Positions 26,953-37,400 of a stretch of 64,000 bases of DNA are shown here, piece after piece. Source of the stretch: Saccostrea echinata. Its lineage: Eukaryota. Location: contig NW_026889800.1 of NCBI RefSeq assembly GCF_033153115.1, positions 2,852,001 to 2,916,000 on the forward strand, read 5' to 3'. A program made the translations under genes and the position numbers. Position 1 is the first letter of the stretch, and every line of letters begins with the position of its first letter. The notes beneath the pieces were generated by a model, which worked only from the letters and a program-made list of their open reading frames with translations, had not been told where the DNA came from and ran no database searches.

Positions 26953-27156
26953 GGAGGCTGGGTGGTCAACAAATAAACCACCAGATTTAACTTAATTTTT
27001 TAGATATGATATCTTAAGCTGTCAACTATCATTTGGCAAAGAAAAATTGCAAAAATTTTAGTTTTAAAATTTGATCATTTTCTATATCTTCATATGGAGC
27101 TCTTCTTCTAAAGGAGATCAATATAGTCTAAAAATGGCCACAACCCCCCAGCCTCT
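26953..27156. mobile_element. Short TTAA-flanked (Kolobok-like) MITE
   Basis: TTAA|GGAGGCTGGGTGGT ... CCCCCCAGCCTCT|TTAA. Confidence 0.65.
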
Positions 27157-28197
27157 TTAAGATAGAATACTGATAAAGATATCTTATCCAAGGTCTATGG
27201 AGATGATTCTAATCAGGGGCTAATGACAGCAATATTTCATAGCTGAAATGTTCAATCATTTTATGCTGTCCAGCATTGAAGAAAATATTTTGGAAAAGTT
27301 GGATATTCATAGTATATGTAGTTCTGATAAAGTAAAAAATCTATTTGGAAACAGGAAAACGGGAATACTTATAAACTATATAAGATATTTAGCCTAAGAA
27401 CAAAGCTACCTTGATTTTTTAACAAAGAAAATCATTTGATATTAAAAGTATTTTTATCTTGTTGTTTTTTTTTTTAAATATATGTTCTCAATGCAAATTC
27501 TTCTATTATTGTTTTTTTTACCTGGGGAGGGGGAGGGAAAGGGACAGGGGAATGAGTTGAGGGTTAAGATGCGGCAACTAAGTTATAAACCAATTTCAGG
27601 AATTCTCATTTAAAAAACAAGAATGGATAATGAATGAGCATACTGTTTGAAAGCATCATTACATCATGGTCAATGTGTTTTTCGCTCCACAAAGAATTGA
27701 ATTTAATTGCTTTTAAATTTCTTACGATTTTTATCAATTAATTATTTCCACAATATTTCTGGAAGGTGTAAATTATACGATGTTATTTAATACTTCCTCT
27801 CTCTCTCTCTCTCTCCCTCTCTCTCTCTCTCTAGCGATATCAGTAGAAAATTAAACTCTTCTAGGAAAATTTATGTTCATCAAATAAATGATATATTTAG
27901 TGAATAAATTACTACTGTCATCAATATCTGCAACTTATCGTCCCATATACAAACGCTATCCAATGTATGTTGTTAACATTTTTAACATCTTCACAGAGAG
28001 CTTTTTTATATCTTCAGTAATTTTTCCACAAACACTTATACACTCTGTTTTTGATTATGTATAAAATAAATTAAAAACACTTGATTTAATATTCATAATT
28101 TTTCAACAATCAGTCGAAGATGTACTCTTTACAGCATGTTGAAACTTTCACCAAATTTCAATCAATATATTCAGTCAAAAGTGTGAATAAAATACAC

Positions 28198-29858
28198 TCA
28201 TGGCATTGGGTTAGAAATAGGTGATCCAGAAATGATTGGCAATGAAGTTGGAGTAGTACATCCAGCTCCGGTCTGATCAAATCCGTATACAGGTACTGAA
28301 GCACACGCCGTCCGGATTTCTGTGGTGAGATGATCTATACTGTGATGGCCGACTTCATGAATATCTGTGCTACAGTTTAATCTGTCGATCATCTTAGTCT
28401 GTAAAAGATATTAATACTGTAATATTTATAGTATATAGATATCTGAGTGCGATCTACTGATTTAGTCATATCAGTTTGAAATAAGACTGGAAACCTATTA
28501 ACAAAAATAAGATTTTTTTTTTTGATTTCGAGTATTTCAAAAAACAACTATAGCTGATTTTTTTGATATGCTTACTCGAGGAGTACAATATATAACATAC
28601 CTATAAATAAACACTATTTGCTTCATTATATGCTCCAATGATAAAATGATATGAGCTCGTTTAACAAACCTTGAAATCTTTCTTGGTTGCTTACATTTGC
28701 TGAAATCACCAAAGAGGCAGGAAAAGAAGCAATTGAATGAATGACAAAAATGAACACATCCAATATCTTAGTAATTTCCTTTTTAATTTTGGTCCATGTG
28801 AAAAAAGGTCAATGAATATTCATACAAATTGTGAGACCGTTATTTTCGCATTAAAATGTCTACAGATATTTGTGTTTAACCGATCATGACATGTGGCACG
28901 GTGACCGGTCGACGGGGGATTCTCGCTTCTTCAGGCACCTGGTCCCACTTCTGTTTCCAAAACTCTACGTTTGCTCTAATCACAATTCGTATTGCTTAAT
29001 TGGACTTTGAGCACGAATACTGCCCTTTGTCTTCACATTTCGTGTCTGATTTCCAGCATGTTTGATTTCAGCCAATCAGAAAGGTTTCAAAAGAAGGATA
29101 TGCTAATACAAAATCTAGTAGACAAGATATGGTAGCTGTGTTTTAACAATAACATTTAAAGATTTTAGTAGAGTACACTAAAAAATAGAAAAATGCAGTA
29201 ATACAAAGGAAAGTACCTCAAGAGCTGGCCTCAGAGCATCATCAAAAGAATCCTGAGATTCCTGGTGATTCATGTGATACTCATAACATCCGGTTCCGGG
29301 CCGTAAAATGATGGCTTTGTGCTACAAACATTTGTTAATATTTACAGTTCAGAAGTAATACCTTATATAAAATTTCCTGTCGGAGAACAATAATCTAAAA
29401 CATGAGGGGATATACACTTTTAAAATACGTAAAACGTGTTCATAAAAGTTCATTGATTCATAGTTTAGTCTAAATTGTGAATATTTTCAATTGATTATTA
29501 GTAAAAGTCAATACTAATGTGTTACTCATTTTTTCAGTAAACATTGCCTTCTAGAAAAGCATGTTTTTAAATATGTGTAATCTTAAAATATCAAGATATT
29601 ACAAATATTTATTACAATGTACTCACGTGTTTCCTGTCATACAGAACTTGTTCACAAAGAACATAGTTCACCTAGGAATAATCAAGAGCAATAACATTCT
29701 ATAATTGTGAGTGTTTTTAAAAGCAAAGGTTTTATGCATTATCTATTTAATTTTAAAACATGTTCCACTTCCTTTTATTTAATATGAAACATTGAATATA
29801 CTATAATATTGTAAACCCTTACCGCAAGCAGTAGTGCGAGTGCTGTCAATGTCTGCAT
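28198..29858 (-). CDS. Small secreted His-rich BRICHOS-like protein, paralogue A (4 exons, 128 aa)
   Basis: Exons 29858-29823, 29671-29627, 29321-29217 and 28398-28198, all GT-AG and phase 0: MQTLTALALLLA|VNYVLCEQVLYDRKH|HKAIILRPGTGCYEYHMNHQESQDSFDDALRPALE|TKMIDRLNCSTDIHEVGHHSIDHLTTEIRTACASVPVYGFDQTGAGCTTPTSLPIISGSPISNPMP*. Paralogue B has identical exon sizes. The gene model is strong; the BRICHOS call is an inference. Confidence 0.88.
28885..29045 (+). mobile_element. Naiad-type 3' end fragment in intron 3 of paralogue A
   Basis: GGTGACCGGTCGACGGGGGATTCTCGCTTCTTCAGGCACCTGGTCCCAC is a degenerate copy of the 3' motif. Confidence 0.65.
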
Positions 29859-29895
29859 TTTGTCAAAGTGAGGTAACGATGAAATGATATGCTAA

Positions 29896-30026
29896 TTTTA
29901 TAATCAGATAGTCTGTGAGAGCAAAGGGTATCACAAGAAATTGATAAGACGCTTGGTTCTGTCTTAAAAACTGAAGCAATATCGTGATTGGTTATTAAAC
30001 ACAATTAGTTCCTTAAATCACCAATG
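29896..30026 (-). promoter_or_regulatory. Proximal promoter of paralogue A (TATA, GATA and CCAAT motifs)
   Basis: TATAAAA on the - strand at 29896-29902. TGATAAGA (~29942), ATCGTGAT and CACCAAT are conserved in the same order upstream of paralogue B. Confidence 0.65.
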
Positions 30027-30479
30027 TGATCCATTACCAGACTTGTATAATTTTCATTGATTATATTCTTTATAACTTTTGTTTTGTGTTCTGGTCTCAA
30101 GACCATGCACTGGGATCAGACTTAAGTCAAAATTGCCATTTTAAAAATCTTATTTTTATTTCATACATGGTGTTATTATTGGAATATTTGGAGCAAAGAA
30201 AATAATTTCAGTCTGTACAATATATAATAAAAGCAAAAACATGGTTGTTTCATTATCATAATAATTTCAAATTTTTTTTTTTGATAATTTCAAAATTTGA
30301 TTCATCTGTTTTAAGTTGGAGTCCGAGGCCTTAACTATACCAATTAGTCCAGATTACAATTGTATTGTATGAAATTACTAGGATGCTATTGCCTTCTTTA
30401 CATGGTGATCATATCTCCTTTTGAAATAGGGGTATAAATAATATTTACTGATCGAATGGACATTGTAGAATTTTTAATC

Positions 30480-32235
30480 TTTATCATAAAAATGTCATTC
30501 TTGCATTCCGCCTTTAATCCGGTTGACTTCTACACCCAGCGTTTCCTGCGGATGTTCCCATACTGTTGGTTCCAAACTTTTCAATTATAAACAAATCTTA
30601 CAGTGTCTTGGAATTGAACATCTTAAACAAAGTACTCTTAAGTGTACTTTTCTTCTTTTTTTTCAACAGCAGTCCCACTGGACACGTCATTACCGGTGAT
30701 GTTAATATCCTTAAAAATGACGCCTAAAAGCAATCACCTTAAAAGGTCCTAAATAAAGAGATTCTTGATCTTTCAGTTGGCGACAGAGCTTAATTTCTAC
30801 TCTGAAATCTGTCTTTGTCAAAAATTATGCACGACTTTGGGCGGAGTGTGAGGGGTAGGACTTGAACACTTTTAAAGAACGGATTGGGCGTTTTAGAAAA
30901 GTGTTTGGGAATCGTGTTTGAGGGTTGGGAGGCAATATGCGAACGATCCGTTTTTGCTAGATCGGAAATGAAAATGGAATTGAAAGAATGCATAAACAAT
31001 ATGTTATGGTTCCAGCAGGCATGGCTTGTAACATTAGTGTTTGAAAGGCTCATTATTGTAACTGTATTTTAGAACTTTGCTTAATTCTACATCTGGAAAT
31101 CCAACTTATATTCACAACTATCTTTCTGAGAATGAAATTCTTCAAAGTCGCATTTCAATCCTTGATACTTTCAACATTCAAATCAACCAAGGTGGAATTG
31201 ATCTACCCTACTATACTGGACTCCGCATTTTCATAAAAAGTCTTTCAAACAAAGATACATTTCAGTGTCCAGCGAATGCTCTACCAAACCCTTTCTTTAC
31301 TCCTCACAAAAAATATTAAGTGCAGCAAAGGAGACATTTCAGACGTACTGTGCTACAGCAAATTCTAGAGATGGTGTAAATCAGATGTGGATTTTCAAGA
31401 ACTTCAAAGAACTTTTGGATAATTCAAAATCACCGAACTTTTTTGAAAAGTCATTAACATAAAAACGCACGACTTTTCTATACTTTATACAACCATTCCT
31501 CACAATAAACTAAGAACTATAATTTTTAGTATAATAAAACAACAGCTTTTTTCAATTGAAAACGATTTCGGAATATTTTCAAGTCTTGTGATTGGTCATC
31601 GACAAAATATGAATGTTAAAAATCACTCTGATTATCAAAAAAGTTACTATGATTATCACAAAAGTACTCCGAAGTTGATATCATAAGGATGCTGGATTTT
31701 CTCATTGACAAGAAATTGATTGTACTTAGAGCGAGCATGCTCTTATCGAAAAAGTTTGGAGACGTAAACATCATATGCAGGTGATAGCGGAATATAACTA
31801 CAAAATAAGGAATGTTGACGATAGAAACGCTGAAATCATCTTGTTTGACATACAAATTAGTTGTTAGTTGGCATCCTCCCATAGTCAGTAAAATATCCAA
31901 ATATGAAACAGATGTTGCAGACTCCATGGTGTCTTCTATTTCGAGTTCACTTGGATATATCGAGTCGACATATGAATGAAAGTAACTAGGTATCGTTAAT
32001 TGATTAAAAAGTCGTCGATATATCAAAATGTGAAGTGTTCTCTTCTTATCATGTAGAAGTTTTGAAATAAATTTTGCTTAGGAATATAAAAACAGGTCGG
32101 CTTATAATGGAACACAATGAGTGTCCAATGCAATTACTACAGTTTTTTGGAAGAACTGGTCTCCGAATTTATCAATGAGGAACTTCAGCATCCTTTTAAT
32201 AACAACTTCACAGTACTTGTGTGTAGAAGTCTGGT
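30480..32235. mobile_element. Decayed Naiad-type Penelope-like element: + strand linker and RT N-half, followed by an inverted RT segment
   Basis: Plus strand: PTGHVITGDVNIL, KGPK*RE, GVNQMWIFKN, DFSILYTTIPH. Minus strand 32235-31715: decayed GTxC.P, YLDI and DDFSVSIVNIPY region. Confidence 0.8.
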
Positions 32236-33049
32236 GGAACCTGGCTACAGCAGTAAAGACATTTATAAAATCCCTCTCTAATTCTGTGTTTATTGTTGTT
32301 GGTGATGTTATCTATCCTTTTTATCCATTCCTTTTACTTTTTATTTTGGTTTTGTCTTCTTAGGCGTGTAAAATAGGGAAACAATTATTCTGAATGAAAT
32401 ACTAATAATCACTTGTCTTCAATAAACTTCAATATTAACACGAATGCTTTGGTCTATATTTTACAGAGACATGACAAAGAAATCCTTGATAGAGATATCT
32501 AATCCAGAGTTCCTTAAATGTCAACACTAACTACGAATTTTAAGTACATTATTTGAAATAAATAGACTAAGAGAACTAAGATCATTTATTTCAACAATTT
32601 ATTAAGTAACTCTGCCAAATAGGATTTCTTTGAAGATCTTTTTATTTTAGTTAGTTATTTATTCATTTATATTTTTATTTACCTACTTTATATTTTTTAA
32701 TTTAATTTTTTTTTTTAAATTTTATGTCTCTTTTTATTCGATTTGTTTAAAATTTGAAAATAACGATCAGATATCATCTGATAAATCTAGTGAAGTATAT
32801 GTAAACACGCCAAAAAACTGATCCCTTGGAAACACAAGACGTTAACTTCCCCTGTCGACCGGTCACACCCGCTGTGAGCCTGTATGTCTTAAGAGGAGTT
32901 GTTAGGTGCCCAAAATGTCTTAATGTACATATTTTTTTTCCTACAGAACGTGATATATGTTTCTTTACTTCTGGAAAAGCAAAATTAAAGTGTTTCTCTT
33001 TTCTCCTTTGACAAAATCATTATATCACATTTAAGGAATAAACATGAAA

Positions 33050-33965
33050 TATTGAAATGACGAACAGTTTTCAAGCTCATAGGCCATTGAAATAATAAAA
33101 ATCGGGAAGAAAGCAAACACGGACCTCCAAAAACATCATAGGCCGGATCAGATGCCATGGAAGAGTAAGCATCCCCTACCAACCGGTCACATCGGCCTTG
33201 TGCTCCTGGTCATGATCGGGAAATAACGGAAAAATCCGTAGAAATGTCAGTGTGTAAATAATGGATTAACAATTAGTACGGAAAAAAAGTCAGTCAAAAT
33301 TTGAATAAATGATAGATTATATTTGCTGATGAGGTCATTGTATCGGCGGTAGAACTTGCCAAATGATGACTTCAAAAAAGACTGTTGATATTCTTTTTTC
33401 ATTAAGGTTTTGTTTAATAGCTTGCCTCGTTTTAAGAATTGGTCGTACGTAGAGCATGCTATTGCGTATTGAATCAACTGGGAGACATAAACCCCGTATT
33501 GTTGTGATAAGGGTATACTGCTACATAATTAAGGGAAGTTGACGACAGAAAAGTTGAAGTCATCATATTTTTCTTTAAGTTATGTTGTTAGGTTACCATT
33601 AACGTTTTTTTCCAGTAAAATATCCAAATATAAGACAGATGTGTCAGAAAGTGGTGTCTTTTATTTCAAGTTCATTAAGATTTATCGATCTACATATGAA
33701 TGGAAGTACTTTATTGTTAATTGATAATACGTCTTCGATATATCTAAATCCCGAGTTGAAGGCCACAGCATGAATGGAAGTACTTTATTGTTAATTGATA
33801 ATACGTCTTCGATATATCTTAATCACGAGTTGAAGGCCACAGCAAGTGTTTTCTTCTCCTCATGTAGCAGTTTTTTAAAAAATAAATTCGGCTACATATG
33901 AATACAAAAATAGGTCTGCTAAAAATGGCGCGCATTTTTTTTTACCCGTGGGAATTCCAACAGAT
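33050..33965 (-). mobile_element. Naiad-type Penelope-like RT C-half and 3' end, with an internal ~74-bp tandem duplication
   Basis: GIPTG..CAPFLADLFLYSY and IQYAIACSTYDQFLKRG..SSFGKFYRRYNDL; ~33696-33769 is duplicated at ~33770-33843. Confidence 0.8.
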
Positions 33966-34524
33966 ATCTTCACAGATATTGTCATTCGGAAACTAAAGCA
34001 TATTTTTAATATCAACTTCAGAGCGCTTTTGTATAGAATAGGATTTTTTTTAAACAAATTAATTTTGCAAATAAAGCAAAATGACAAGTTTCATTTTTAT
34101 TGAAAAAGCAACTATCTATGATGTCAAAAAGCCTGAATTTTAATTCATGGCCAATGGTTGTTTAAAGTATTGAAAAGTCGTACGTTTTGATATTATTGAT
34201 TTTGGTAAAATTTTGTGATATTTATTATTCCAAGTTGAAATAAATTTATTATTTCTTTTTTATTTATTTTTTTAATTTCATTTTTTAAATCTATTTTATT
34301 TTTTGCTACAAAATATGTCTCGGTCATGTTTATTTAAAAGAATTCTCTGATTTTTCTTTCTTTTAACTATTTAGCGTTGTAATTGATCTTTTTATATGCA
34401 TTGTAGAACATGTACACTTCAAGACTTTTCTATGGTTACAATTCAGGATATTACAATTAACTGTCTACTAATAAATTTCAATATGAAATCTCTCTCTCTC
34501 TCTCGGTGTCTGTGTGTGTGTGTG

Positions 34525-34555
<31 letters not shown>

Positions 34556-34802
34556 TCAAGAAAACGTCATTATTTACAGTTATATTATAGATTCAATACT
34601 GAAAGCAGCGTCATAACAACGTTTTAATAACAGTGTGGATTTTTTTTAAAGACAATCAGATTTTTAAAAAGTCATTTAATATTCAAAAACTATGATGCAT
34701 TCAATTTTATTCAAAACAATTGCATATGTATCATATATAGCAAGTTGAAAACTTTATTAACTCCCTCTCAATATATCCAGTCAAAACTGACTTTAAACAC
34801 AC

Positions 34803-36061
34803 TTATGGCATTGGATTAGAAATAGATGAGCCGGACATGGTTGGCAATTCAGTTGTTGTAGCACATCCGGATCCCGTCTGATCGAATCTGTATACAGGTA
34901 CTGAAGCACAAGCGTTCCGGATTTCTGTGGTGAGATGATCTATACTGTGATGGCCGACTTCATGGATATCTGTGCTGCAGTTTAATTTCTCGATCATCTT
35001 AATCTGGAAGAGATATCAATAATGATAATATGACATAATATTTGTGTTCAAATTCTTTTAATCATTTCAAGCTTAAATAAGAAAACTTTATTAAGAAGTT
35101 TCTTATTGGGAAAGTAATTACAGAAGCTTTAGAACTGATTGAAAGATAAGGACACATTTGATTGTTTTTTTTTTAATATTTATGGTGGAAAATTAATTGA
35201 TGACAGATTAGAGTGAGGGATGTATTCATATTTTGTCTTCAATTTAATTTTTCATCAAATGGGCTCTTTCTTCAATTTTATCAAATAGAAGTTATCATTG
35301 AATCAAGAAAATCTGACAGACAAAAATTTCGATTGTGTTTAAAAATACATATTCCTTGTTTTGCAGAATGCAGCGCAAAATAGAGGATGTAGTAAGAATA
35401 GTAAAGTACCTCAAGATCTGGTCTAAGTGCATCATCAAAAGAATCCTGAGATTCCTGGTGATTCATGTGATACTCATAACATCCGGTTCCGGGACGGTAT
35501 ATGATGGCTTTGTGCTAAAACATATTTTGTTAATATTTACATTTCTGAAACATATTCTTTTAAATTTCATCATGAAGACATAGGAGAATATATAATCTAT
35601 GTTCAGTAATAAAAGTTCTAAAATTTTATTGATAAAATTAATAATTTTTCAGCCTAATTGCTTCAATTGGCTGTGAATATATGACAATTCATATTGATAT
35701 TGTGGTTCAATTAGATGTATCATTTGTAAAATGAACATAAAGATTTTACATGACTTAAAAGTATTCTCAATGAAATGATATGATAAATATCTACATGATA
35801 CTTACATGCTTCTGATCGTACATAACTTGTTCACAGAGAACATAGTTCATCTAAAAAGAATAGGATAATCAGTTATTACAAAAATAAGTTTCTACAAGCA
35901 GCAATATGATTTTTCAAGAGAGAAAAAAACATTTTGCTATATTAGTACAAAAATATAAGAACTTTCTATAATAAAATTTAAAAAAAGAAGAAGATACAAA
36001 TAAGTACAATTCTGAAAAGACTTACCGCTAGGAAGAAAACGAAAACCGCGAATGACTGCAT
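34803..36061 (-). CDS. Small secreted His-rich BRICHOS-like protein, paralogue B (4 exons, 128 aa)
   Basis: Exons 36061-36026, 35850-35806, 35514-35410 and 35003-34803: MQSFAVFVFFLA|MNYVLCEQVMYDQKH|HKAIIYRPGTGCYEYHMNHQESQDSFDDALRPDLE|IKMIEKLNCSTDIHEVGHHSIDHLTTEIRNACASVPVYRFDQTGSGCATTTELPTMSGSSISNPMP*. Confidence 0.88.
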
Positions 36062-36098
36062 TTTGTCAAACTGAGGTATGGATGAAGTGCTATGTCTA

Positions 36099-36231
36099 CT
36101 TTATAATCAGATTTTCTGTGAGAACATGATGTATCTCAGACAAATGATAAGATGTTTAAGGCAGGCCTTGAGAGCTTAAGCATTATCGTGATCAGTGTTA
36201 TTTAACAAAATTAGTATTAAAGGTCACCAAT
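36099..36231 (-). promoter_or_regulatory. Proximal promoter of paralogue B
   Basis: TATAAAG on the - strand at 36099-36105; TGATAAGA, ATCGTGAT and CACCAAT match paralogue A. Confidence 0.65.
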
Positions 36232-37400
36232 TTGATTTATTACAATTCTTGAATATTTTCATTATTTATAGTGTCAAAGCTTTTTTTTTTTTTTTACATT
36301 TTGGTCTTAAACAATTTGTATAAAATATCTATGGAATTATAGGACTTTGCGAGTAAACGACATTGTTTAGATTTTTTAAAGAGAGATACAAAGAATGCTT
36401 AAAAAATACGTCTTTGAAATGTGGCGTTTTTTTAGAAATAAAACCAAAACACCAGTCAGAAACAAATTTACTGATGTGAAGGACTACACAATGAAAAACA
36501 TAAGCCTACAACAATGAAGAAATTTTACAAATTTTATAGATATATTTGATTATGAATTGTATAATGTAGTCTTCTGAAAAGCGAAACACGTGTTCTGAAC
36601 ATTAAGTATTTACCTTATATCATGATCAAGGGGACCTTGATGATAACATCGAAGGTTGTGTATGAAAGCCGGGTTTTCATTAAATATTATAGTTATTTCA
36701 ATGGAAAATAATGTTGTAAGGTAAAGATCTAATAAATGGAAGGGGTCTTAAGTTTTCTGAAAATCGAGAATTGAATTCCTTTAATGATTTATAATTATTC
36801 AGAAAAAGAACACACAAATAAAAGTTGTTTCTAGATTTTTATTAAAAGTATTAAGTATTTCTTTCCAAAGATGATAAAACTTTTAACAAAAACTTTTTGA
36901 TTACTGTTATGGAATTTGAATTCTTAAGAGAGACAGCTATTTTTGTCTAATTCATTTTGTTATGTCGATATTGTAATGATCTTAATAATCAGAACTAGAA
37001 TCGTCCACATCAGATTTTATATTTATATTTTATGTTTATATTTTATTCTTATATTTTATGGATACTTTAACGTAAGTTCCTGTGAATAGTTAGATATGTA
37101 TGATTTATGTGCAATATAAAAACAAAAAAAGTTAAAAGTTGATTTATTCTACGACGTTGTGATTTCGTATGATACAGAATCCATGCATTTCTTTTGAGAA
37201 GAGGTTTGTTTTCTTTTTCTACTGGAAAGACAACTTTTTCAGTAACTATGCAATTAACACAGAATGCTTTTGCAAGTGAAACATTTAATTTGTCGTTTCA
37301 TATCAACAGATATGTTGATAGTTTGTGTGTGTGTTAATTTCTATCCGAGGTTCATCACAAATGATTCAAGTGCTTATTTCTATCACATGTTTAACACGTT

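Noticed and set aside
28198-28270. C-terminal tail of the BRICHOS-like proteins as an arenicin-type antimicrobial peptide
   Set aside because: Not cationic, no dibasic cleavage site and no beta-hairpin Cys pair within the tail.
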